From Octopus sinensis (taxonomy: Eukaryota): 22,396 nucleotides of DNA. The DNA lies in the NCBI RefSeq assembly GCF_006345805.1, contig NW_021836934.1:1-22396 (forward strand), in the 5' to 3' direction. The position numbers and the translations under genes were made by a program. The notes under the pieces are model-generated. The model saw nothing but the letters and a program-made list of their open reading frames with translations, did not search any database and was not told the origin of the DNA. Shown here in pieces: positions 9,598 to 17,898 of the stretch (the first letter of the stretch is position 1; each line of letters begins with the position of its first letter).

Positions 9598-9680
9598 CAG
9601 GCAGAGAGAATATATAGCAACTAATATATATATATGTAGAGAGAGAGGGGGGGGGGAGAGAGAGAAAGAGAGAGAGGTAG
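9410..9680. repeat. (TA)/(CA)/(GA) microsatellite complex
   Basis: Directly visible. Confidence 0.95.
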
Positions 9681-10105
9681 TCTGGGGGAGAGAAAGGAGG
9701 TAGAGAGATTCAGTAGAGTTAGATGACCAATATAATAAGGTCATACAACAAGAAGCGACACCATGCGGGAAAAACAGTATAACAAAGTAAGACTTCTGCC
9801 AACATCGCTTTCCTTGTATGCGTATGTGTGTATGTGTATGTGAGTATGTGCGTGCGTGTGTGTGTGCGATTTCAAGGAGATGTTAGATGTAGCAAGAGTT
9901 CTGGGAGAAATACTTCCAGATAATTACATACTGCATCTGTCCAAAAAAAAAAAGAAAAAAAAAAGACGTGCCTACGTATGTGTGTGTGTATACACATATA
10001 TGTTTGATATATATGCATGTGTGTGTGTGTGAATATATATAATTATGAGCACACACACATCTAAGTATGTATATATGTATATGTGTGTGTGTGTGTGTGT
10101 GTGTG

Positions 10106-10831
10106 ATTGAAATATACACGAGCTTCCCCCACATACATAAAATAGTATTAACAACGAAGCCAAACAGTTAACCAACAGTCTAGGTATAGCTGATAGTGTG
10201 GAAGCGCTATCTAAAAAAACAAATGCCTTTATCACCATCAAAGACCACAAATCAAACTTTGCCTCTAACCCGAAATGCCGCCTGATTAACCCAGCTAAAT
10301 TGGAAATCGGACTGGCGAGTTAACATATACTGAGAAAGATCAACGATGACGTAAGGAGGGCATCGAATCTCTCCTTATGGCGTTGTACCAATTAAATTAT
10401 TTCATGGTTTAAAGCTAACCAGGGTAAGGTTAAACCGATTTGCTGCAGTGGATTTTTATCCGTCTATATCGAATGAGTTGTGGAGGCACATGGCCTAGTG
10501 GTTAGAGCAGTGGACTCGCGGTCGAGGGATCACGGGTTCGAATCTCAGAACGGGCGATGTGTGTGTGTTTTTGAGCGAAACACCTAAGCTCCACGCGGTT
10601 CCGGCAGAAGGTAATGGCGAACTTCTGCTGACTCTTTCACCACAACTTTCTCTCACTCTTTCCTCCTGCATCTTGCAGCTGACCTGCGACGGACCTATAC
10701 GCCAAGGAAACCGGGAAAACGGCCCTTATGAGCCAGGCGTGGCTCGAGAAGGAACAACCATGTCGAATGAGTTACTGGTTAAGGAGCACATCATGTTCGC
10801 AGGAATTTTACTGACATTAGCGATAGGGATA
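10106..10831 (+). pseudogene. Penelope-like element reverse transcriptase fragment, decayed, split by a SINE at 10480-10759
   Basis: Reads NSINNEAKQLTNSLGIADSVEALSKKTNAFITIKDHKSNFASNPKCRLINPAKLEIGLAS*HILRKINDDVRRASNLSLWRCTN*IISWFK.., then after frameshifts DFYPSISNE|LLVK..MFA.NFTDISDRDI. The AFITxKDHK..F..NPKCRLINPAK and FYPSI motifs are characteristic of Penelope-type RTs. Confidence 0.88.
10480..10759 (+). mobile_element. SINE family D (tRNA-derived) with a 14-bp TSD
   Basis: A-box TGGCCTAGTGGTTAGAGC and B-box GGTTCGAATCT. Flanked by ATATCGAATGAGTT (10466-10479) and ATGTCGAATGAGTT (10760-10773). The 3' part CTGCGACGGAC..GGAAACCGGGAAAACGGCC resembles a V-domain (from memory). Confidence 0.93.
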
Positions 10832-10836
10832 TTTAG

Positions 10837-10926
10837 GGTCTTCCCTAAACAACTCTGCCCGGACTTGTGCTTCGAAGAGGAACTCTCTAGATGCAAACCC
10901 ATGGTCATTCATGACCGAACAGGGTC
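10837..10926 (+). mobile_element. Isolated 3' tail of SINE family C, or of its partner LINE
   Basis: GGTCTTCCCTAAACAACTCTGCCCGGACTTGTGC..TGCAAACCCATGGTCA..TGACCGAA aligns with 8959-9050. Confidence 0.85.
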
Positions 10927-10945
10927 CTATGCCTTCTTTTATATG

Positions 10946-10977
<32 letters not shown>

Positions 10978-10988
10978 TGTATATCTAG

Positions 10989-11020
<32 letters not shown>

Positions 11021-11084
11021 TATATATTATATATATTATATTATATATATAATATATATATAATACATTATATATATATTCTAG

Positions 11085-11265
11085 AATGTAACTACGCGTG
11101 GACTATTGCAGTTTTTTTTCCTCCTTCTTTGTCTCCTGTGTCCGAAAAAGAGCTTTGCTCGAAATAAAACCACCCCCTTCTTTCCTCTCTGAATGACTTC
11201 TTAATACTTTGCATGTACCACACTTCCCTCACATTGTTGTTTTTCTTGTCCTTTTTTCTCTGTTG
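11085..11265 (+). mobile_element. Short dispersed repeat with a decayed hammerhead-like motif (11142-11172), related in layout to 20766-20968
   Basis: CCGAAAA-A-GAGC(TTT)GCTC-GAAA-TAA, preceded by a T-run and CTCCTT.TTT..CTGTG as in the reverse complement of the 20.8-kb element. Confidence 0.45.
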
Positions 11266-11269
11266 CTTC

Positions 11270-12170
11270 ATTATTTATATATATATATACATGTGTTTTG
11301 TATATAGTATGGCGATATATATATATATATGATAGTATATATATATATATATAATATCTATATGTGTGTGTGTGTGTGTGGTTGTGTTCGCATGTGTGTT
11401 TGTGTTTGTATGGTATGTATATATTATGTATGTGATGTGTGTGTGTATATATATGTATGTATATATGTAGTGACAAGAATAACTCCAAGTTTTGATAGAA
11501 AACTCGACGCCTCGAAGGTGGGTTATTTATATACATAATGTAAAAACGATTGCAACAATTCTACATTGCTTATGTGCTTGCATGTGCGTATGATACACAC
11601 ACACACACACATTTGAATGTATGTATGTATAGAGAAAGTATGAGATACATAAATAGTATTATAAAAATATGTGTATAATATACTGACATATATCAATATG
11701 TGTATACGCATATATAGGTACATATATGTATGTATGTATGTGTATATATATAATATATATATATACACGCAGATATAAATAAATGCATTCACACACATAT
11801 ATACATACTCAAATTCATATAGTATGATATATATTTATATGGATATATATACATATATATAGTCACAGGCACACATGCGTATATATGTTTGTGTCTACGT
11901 ATCTGTAATGAAAGCGAAAGAGAAAGTAAGAGGAAGAGAGAGGAAGTAGTGAAGAGAGAGAGGGGGAGACAGAGAGAAGAGAGAAAATAGAGAGAAAGAG
12001 AGGGAGCGAAGAAGGGGGACAGAGAGAGGAATGGAGGCAGAGAGAGACAGAAAGAGATAGAGGAAAGAGAGAGAAAGAAGACAGACAGACACAGAGAGGA
12101 GAGAAAGAGAGAGAGAGAGCGAAAGAGAGAGAGAGAGAGAAAGAAAGAAAGAAAGAGAGAGAGAGATGAA
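11270..12170. repeat. (TA)/(TG)/(CA) microsatellite mosaic followed by a (GA)-rich polypurine tract (11905-12170)
   Basis: Directly visible, with short unique interruptions. Confidence 0.92.
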
Positions 12171-12485
12171 AGCTGACAGTTATGAGTTATGTATGAGTAA
12201 GTTAGATAATGTCTAGAAAGAAATGGAAAAACATGAAACATTAATTTGGAAAACGTTAAAATTTCAGATTTTTTTAAAATTCTGTCACCAGCGATATTCA
12301 TCCGAGTCTTGCATTTGAAATTCGTGTGTCGCTTGTGTCATATACATAAGACAGGAAATATTTATGGTGAAGGACAGAGTTAATAATAGGATTTAACGAA
12401 TGGTAATTTGTGAAGTTTATGGAATTTTACTTCAGTTTATCTTTAAAATAATGTTCTGTAAAGATTTCGTTTTTCGGACTTTGTT

Positions 12486-13133
12486 GAATGTTGGGTAATA
12501 AACGGAAAAGTACGTTCATGAATACCAGCAGCTGCAACAGTGTCGCCCCGTGAAAGGATCTCTGGGGTGAGGTTACATAAGGAGGTGCGTAGTTCGGAAA
12601 TCAAGGAACCTCTCTTAGTCGAGCCGCTATTTTTTCGCATTGAGAGGTCATAGCTCTGGCAGTGTGGGCATGTGATTAGAATATCGCTGAAAAGAATTGC
12701 AAGACAGATTTTTCAAGCCCAGCCAACCGGCTTCCCTTCTCTGTCCTTAATCACTATGTCTGGTCTGTTGTGTTTGCATTATATAGAGGTTTCGACTCTT
12801 TCATACTATGTACGTGTGTATGTATGCAAGTATGTGTGCATATGTGTATGTATGTCAATGTATTTATGTTTATATGTGTGTGTATGTCTATATGTATGCG
12901 TGTATGAGTGTATATAAATGCGTTTTGTGTGTGTGTGTGTATTTATGAATTGAGGGACGTCCAAGGACGGGATGGGTTGGTTAATATCCACAGTCGCAAT
13001 TGGTTATGCCTGGGAGCCCAACCGGGATGTCTAATGAAGGTTGCTTCTGATAGGACCTTATAGAGGAAGAACCTGACGATTTTATTCCCATGACCCTTTA
13101 GGAATAGTGGGCAGAGAAGAATGGATGGATGGA
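12486..13133 (+). mobile_element. 3' end of a second RTE-clade LINE (Rex3/Expander-like), split by a ~220-bp insert at 12732-12952
   Basis: 12486-12731 reads in one frame ECWVINGKVRS*IPAAATVSPRERISGVRLHKEVRSSEIKEPLLVEPLFFRIERS*LWQCGHVIRISLKRIARQIFQAQPTG. It resumes at 12953 with GRPRTGW/..IHSRNWLCLGAQPGCLMKVASDRTL*RKNLTILFP* and ends in a (TGGA)n tail. Confidence 0.9.
12731..12777 (-). mobile_element. Tiny fragment of a restriction-like-endonuclease retrotransposon
   Basis: The minus strand reads CKHNRPDIVIKDREGK, the RPD motif of R2/R4-type RLE domains. It is only 16 codons long. Confidence 0.55.
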
Positions 13134-13199
13134 TTTGGTTTGCAAGATTCTGCTTGTGAACTCGTGTTGAAACATATTTTGTTGTGTCTCGGGAGGGTC
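13131..13199 (+). repeat. Fragment of a dispersed repeat (longer copy at 20480-20672, minus strand)
   Basis: The exact 21-mer GGATTTGGTTTGCAAGATTCT is the reverse complement of 20647-20667, and similarity continues through GTGTTGAA.CATATT..GTTGTGTCT.GGGAG.GTC. Confidence 0.85.
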
Positions 13200-13907
13200 G
13201 TTTAGTCAATAATAAACACCGGTAGACTATTTCAGGAATAAACAAATTGATTGTTTGATTAACCATTCGTTTAATCAATCAATCGGTTATGTTTGCCAAA
13301 GCCCTTTCTTCGCCATTCGCGAACTCTTCAACGACAAGCGCTCTCTTTCACTCTCTGTCTGTCTGTTGTCTGTTTCTGTCTCTGCCTCTCTGTCTGTCTC
13401 TCTCTCCCTACTCCAGGTCATGCTTGAATTACACCCCTAAGTTCAGTTGTCCCAGTAAGCCTACAATTCATTACTAGCCAAAGGCAGAAGGGAATGAAAG
13501 AATACTAAAGTGTAAAACATCGGCAACGGAAGTGGTTGTGGGATTCATACAGTTTCGATAATTCCACACAGATAAAAAGAAATCGAGGGAAAAGAAAACG
13601 AAGAAAAATCAAGAGCACAGAATGATGAACTTTCTACAAATTCTAACATACACCTGCTATACACACACACACGAATACACATATAAATGCACGCACATAC
13701 ACTCATAAAATGGATTTAAGAAATCACAGACAAGCACACACACACACAAATACACACATACACTCGTGTACATACACAAAGCGAATAAAAGAATTATAAA
13801 TGCGCCTAACCCACACCACATACATTCTCTTTTTCTCTCATTCTTTATCTCTCTCTCTTTCTTTCTCTCTCTCTCTCTTTCTTGCTCTCATGTGTGCGTA
13901 TTTGTGT

Positions 13908-14081
13908 GACTGGCTTCCACACAATTTCCGTCTACAAATTTATTCACGAAGCATAAGCCGGCATGGGGCTATAGCGAAAAAACACTTAGCCAAGGTGCCA
14001 CACAGTGGGACTGAACCCAAAATCACGTGGTTTAAAAGCGAAGCAGCGATCTTCTCTTTACCACACTGCCATGCCTGTACC
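13908..14081 (-). mobile_element. SINE family A-related, 5' half, diverged
   Basis: The reverse complement carries GGCATGGCAGTGTGGTAA, GGGTTCAGTCCCACTGTGTGGCACCTTGGCTAAGTG and GTAGACGGAAATTGTGTGGAAGCC. Confidence 0.85.
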
Positions 14082-14084
14082 GTC

Positions 14085-14640
14085 ATGCATAAATATTCTC
14101 TTTCTTTCACTTAATTTTTTTTTTAAAGAAACGATCACTTATGCCAGGTACCTGACCTCCATAACTGCCTATAATTTTCCTTTTCAGTCCCAAACAAATA
14201 TATCAGGCCTGTTATGTTTGTATTTGGTGAAAGTTTCAACGGGAAATGTTGCATTGATCAATCAGTAGCTATTGTGAGGTAATGTATTAATGTGTATTCA
14301 ACACACAGAAATATTCTCCATATTTATTCCAGGGCAGTCTTTCTTACGGATGCCATTGTATACAGATTTTATCAATAACATCATACCGCATTGGAAAGTA
14401 GTAACCTTAATGACAGATATATATATATTTTTTGTTTAGTTTCGGGTAGCTGCTGATCACATGCATAATATCTTCTTCAGAAATGCGACCATAATAGTTT
14501 AAATGCTTCGCGGTTTCTTTTGTTGAAAGGATATGCTGTAGCTATCGCTTGCGCTTCGATTACAAAAGCATAGCTCCTTTGAAAAAGGACGGGATGTAAT
14601 GGTCACCAGTTCAATAGAGAGGCTATACTTCCTGTTCATA
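14085..14640 (-). pseudogene. C-terminal region of an RLE-type non-LTR retrotransposon (R4/Dong- or HERO-like): linker, eroded CCHC knuckle, RH motif and PD..E nuclease
   Basis: With frameshifts the minus strand reads YAFVIEAQAIATAYPFNKRNREA..EEDIMHVISSYPKL..YYFPMRYDVIDK/SVYNGIRKKDCPG..FTKYKHNRPDIFVWD*KGKL*AVMEVRYLA*VIVSLK..EKENIY. Confidence 0.82.
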
Positions 14641-14660
14641 TTAGAACCATCCCATAACCT

Positions 14661-14880
14661 GGCGAGCTGGCAGAAGCGTTAACACACCGGGCGGAATGCT
14701 TTCACGGCATTTCGTCTGTCTTCAAGTTCTGAGTTCAAATTCCACAGTGGTCGACTTTATCTTTCATCCTTTCGGGGTCAATAAAATAAATAGCAGTTGA
14801 GTACTAGGGTCGATGTAATCGACCCAACCTCCCCACAACCTGAATTTGCTGGCCTTGAGCCAAAATTTGAAACTGATATT
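14661..14880 (+). mobile_element. SINE family B copy (first of a tandem trio)
   Basis: GGCGAGCTGGCAGAAGCGTTA..GAGTTCAAATTCC..GTCGACTTTATCTTTCATCCTTTCGGGGTCAATAAA; tail GCTGGCCTTGAGCCAAAATTTGAAA. Confidence 0.92.
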
Positions 14881-14891
14881 AGTAATTATCA

Positions 14892-15105
14892 AAGGTGGCA
14901 AGCTGGCAGAATCGTTAGCATACCAGGAAAATGCTTAGCGGCATTTCGTCCGTTTTTACGTTGTGAGTTCAAATTCCGCCGAGGTCGACTTTGCCTTTCA
15001 TCCTTTCAGGGTCGATAAAATAAATACCAGTTACGCACTGGGGTCAATGTAATCGACTTATCCTCTCCTCGAAAATTTCAGGCCGTGTGCCTAGAATAGA
15101 AAATA
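14892..15105 (+). mobile_element. SINE family B copy (second of the trio)
   Basis: Same head and core; tail AAAATTTCAGGCCGTGTGCCTAGAATAGAAA. Confidence 0.92.
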
Positions 15106-15126
15106 TATTATCATAGTATCCTTCCA

Positions 15127-15364
15127 TAAGGCGGCGAGCAGGCAGAAACGTTAGCATGCCGGACAAAATGTTTTTTAATGGCATTTCCTTGCCTTTACAT
15201 TCTGAGTTCAAATTCCGCCGCGGTTGACTTTGTTTTTCACCCTTTTGGGGTCGCTATTTCATCGACCCCAAAAGGGTGAAAGACAAAGTACCAGAGGTCG
15301 ATGTCATCGACTTAACCCCTCCTCGAAGTTGCTGACCTTGTGCCAAAATTTGAAATCGATATTA
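15127..15364 (+). mobile_element. SINE family B copy (third of the trio) with an internal inverted duplication
   Basis: Same head and core; 27-bp inverted arms at 15227-15253 and 15263-15289; tail GCTGACCTTGTGCCAAAATTTGAAA. Confidence 0.92.
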
Positions 15365-15420
15365 GCCTCAAGTTCACAGGAAACAATTCTTTACATGAAA
15401 ACGTGATCTTGCAACAGCCG

Positions 15421-15520
15421 TTTTCTTTATTTTCATTTGTTATTTACTCCAGTGAATGACTGCGGCCAAGCTGGGGACACCATTCTGAAGGGTCTAAGTC
15501 AAACAAATTGACCCCGTAGT
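15421..15520 (-). mobile_element. Isolated family A-type 3' tail, diverged
   Basis: The reverse complement GGGGTCAATTTGTTTGACTTAG..GGTGTCCCCAGCTTGGCCGCAGTCA matches the tails at 6272-6330 and 21625-21672. Confidence 0.8.
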
Positions 15521-15919
15521 CTAAAGGAGTGCAGGGCATTACGTTTGGCATCAGCCTGGTTGCAGGAGCTGCCAGAAGAGTGTCGAGTCGAACACTAAAC
15601 TACCTACGGGGCTCCACTCCGGATTTTTTTGACGGTTGTTTCTTTTCCGTAATCCTGGATAGAGGCCCATACCGAGTACTGTCAGCCGGAGCCAGCTGAG
15701 CCCGGGACTCATGTCAGGTAGGGTCATCACTCCCTGAAGTAGTGAAGAAAATCGCTACCCACTACTTACACATATATATATATGAAAGGTATTGGTATCC
15801 AGAAGACCCAAGATGGCAGGTAACGCTATGTAAGTTCTATGGAAGGACCGTAGTTGAACTCTCGGTTCTATAATGATACGAGTGAGGAATCTAATCCAGG
15901 TCTTGTAGGAGCATAAATA

Positions 15920-16092
15920 TGTTAAATAAAATGAGACAACAAAGCCAAAGCTGTGTGGAATTTTCAGGACATTTATCTCTGGTGGAGGGGTATCCCTAAT
16001 ATCCCAGAAACACATGTAAGACTAACTTTCTCTTCATAAATGCCCTGAAAATTCCACACAGCCTTGGCTTTGTTGTTTCATTTTATTTAACA
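15920..16092. mobile_element. Small foldback element: 57-bp inverted repeats around a 59-bp spacer that holds a decayed hammerhead-like motif
   Basis: 15920-15976 is the reverse complement of 16036-16092 with 3 mismatches. The spacer reads TCT-CTGGTGG-A-GGGGT(ATCCCTAAT)ATCCC-A-GAAA-CACATGT-A-AGA. Confidence 0.8.
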
Positions 16093-16105
16093 CACACACA
16101 CACAC

Positions 16106-16240
16106 TACGGGCTTCCACACAGTTTCCGTCAACGAAATCCACTCACAAGGCATTGGTCGGTCTGAGGCTATAGTAGAAGACGCTTGCTCAAGGTGCAGCG
16201 CGGTAGGACTGAACCCCAAACCATGCGGTTGCTAAGCCGC
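16106..16240 (-). mobile_element. SINE family A-related, 5' half lacking the A-box
   Basis: The reverse complement GGGGTTCAGTCCTACCGCGCTGCACCTTGAGCAAGCGTCTTCTACTATAGCCTCAGACCGACCAATGCCTTGTGAGTGGATTTC matches family A. Confidence 0.9.
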
Positions 16241-16928
16241 GTTTCGTCTATCAGAACAGTTCTTGTATTTATTCATGTTCTTTGCAAACTAAAAACAGCT
16301 GATGTTAATTTACATTTTACTTTTATTACAACTGCATGTTTAGTTAGATTTCGTAGCCATTTCATGCATACCAAAATCTTTACCCGTTACCAAATATCAT
16401 TTCCCAATTTCTACCTAATCGGATGTGTATTATTTCAGTTTGTTAATCTCCGCTAAATCTCTGTGGATAAGGTTCAGTTATGTTGATGGATGGAGATCAT
16501 AAATTTTATGTCAAGAAATTGGCAGAAAAGGTGCGTTTGTGAAGGGTCGGTGTAGTAAGAAGACTTGAGGCCTAATATTTTTGGTTATATTGCATTTGTG
16601 CCAACTAAGAATTCACTGACTCGTATTGATGCTGTTATTGTGCAATCAAATACTCAATACGAAAAACGAAATAAGACATTGAATATAAAATAAAATTACA
16701 TTTATGATACTACAAACGTGAGTCGGCTGTCACGTGAATATTTGTTTTTATTTATGTCCAACAAACAACATACGTTGCCGCACCTCCGAGAACCACAAAC
16801 CAGCAAATGTTTTTTACAAAACGAATGTTTAAAGATTGCACGTTTTGACAGACGGCAAGAATCTAAAATTGTCTGAAAGCAAAAGAAAAAATAACAAAGA
16901 GTTGAGCTGGTGTATTCTACATTATAAT

Positions 16929-17775
16929 CTTGTTACAAGCCAAACTTCGATAGCAAGCTAAAAGCTTGTTGCTTAGTAAAACGCTTGTTGCATACTAAAA
17001 TTTGGCTGCATGCTAAAATATAGCTGGATGCGAAAAATATGGCTCGCTAAATAAAATGTTCTTGCAGGCTAAAATTATTATTGCATACTAAATTATTATG
17101 ACAGGCAAAAATATTGCATAATAGATTGTCGTTGCTTATTGGAATATTACTAGAAGTTAAACTGTAACATACTGAAATGTGGTACAGAAAAACGTGGCCG
17201 CATACTAAAACTGTTGCATGATAAAATGTTGTTGCATGTTAAAATATAAGTCTATGCAAAAATCATGTTACGTGCATGCTGTTGCATGCAAAGTATGTGG
17301 TTTGAATGCATTCAAAATTCTTGCGTGCTAAAATGCTGTTGCATGTTAAAATGATTTTGCATGCTAAATACGTTACTGCAAACAAAATATGTGGTTTGAA
17401 AACTAAAATATCATTCTATGCAAAGATCTTGTTACGTGCAAAAACGTTGTCGCATTCTAAATTTCTGCACGTTAAAATGCTGTTGCATGCTTAAACGCTG
17501 TCGAATGCTAAAATATTGTTGCATGTTAAATGTATTGTTGCATGCAAAATACATTGTTTGACTACTAAGAATTCATGTATTCTAAAAGGTTGCTTCAAGC
17601 AAAAATGTTGCATGGTAAGTTTCATGCATGTTAAAATATGCGACGAGATTGTGTTGTCGCATGCTAAAATATTTCATGCTAAACCGTTTTGAATGTTAAA
17701 GTATTTTGCCTGCTACAAAAGTCGCTTGCTAAAATTGTTTCGCATGCTGAAAAGCTTTGTATGCAATATGACTGC
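16929..17775. repeat. Degenerate ~18-bp minisatellite, consensus near TTGTTGCATGCTAAAAT(G/A), roughly 45 units
   Basis: Recurrent units such as CTTGTTGCATACTAAAAT, TTGGCTGCATGCTAAAAT, GTTGTTGCATGTTAAAAT and GCTGTTGCATGTTAAAAT; unit length 17-19 bp. Confidence 0.88.
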
Positions 17776-17795
17776 AACGCATTTGATGAATTTCA

Positions 17796-17865
17796 TAGCT
17801 CAGCTAGTTGGAGACCCTCTCTCTCTCTCTCTCTCTCGCAAACTGGAAGTTGAGTGTTCGAATCC
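17796..17865 (+). other. tRNA-like Pol III promoter remnant (probable SINE head) with a (CT)n tract between the boxes
   Basis: A-box-like TAGCTCAGCTAGTTGGAGA (from 17796) and B-box GTTCGAATCC (17856-17865). No cloverleaf can be folded. Confidence 0.5.
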
Positions 17866-17898
17866 ATAGTTTGTGTGTACTCGTAGGGTTAGCATTAA

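Noticed and set aside
14188-14278. Apparent 91-nt exon with a good acceptor (TTTTCCTTTTCAG), a donor (AG|GTAATG) and one open frame
   Set aside because: The opposite strand encodes the HNRPD nuclease motif of the RLE retrotransposon remnant, which explains the sequence better.
14430-14490. Hammerhead-like CTGAAGA...CCGAAAC on the minus strand
   Set aside because: Stem II does not pair, and the sequence is the EEDIMHVISSYPK coding segment of the RLE element.
15640-15750. HDV-like ribozyme on the minus strand (GAGTGAT as P1, GGC-TCCGGCT-GAC as P3/L3, AGTACTC-GG)
   Set aside because: P1 and P3 each have a mismatch, and no J4/2 or P2 3' strand could be found.
16929-17775. CRISPR-like array or repeat-protein exon
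   Set aside because: Eukaryotic context, no unique spacers between units, and 17-19-bp length variation with stops breaks any KMLLHA reading frame.
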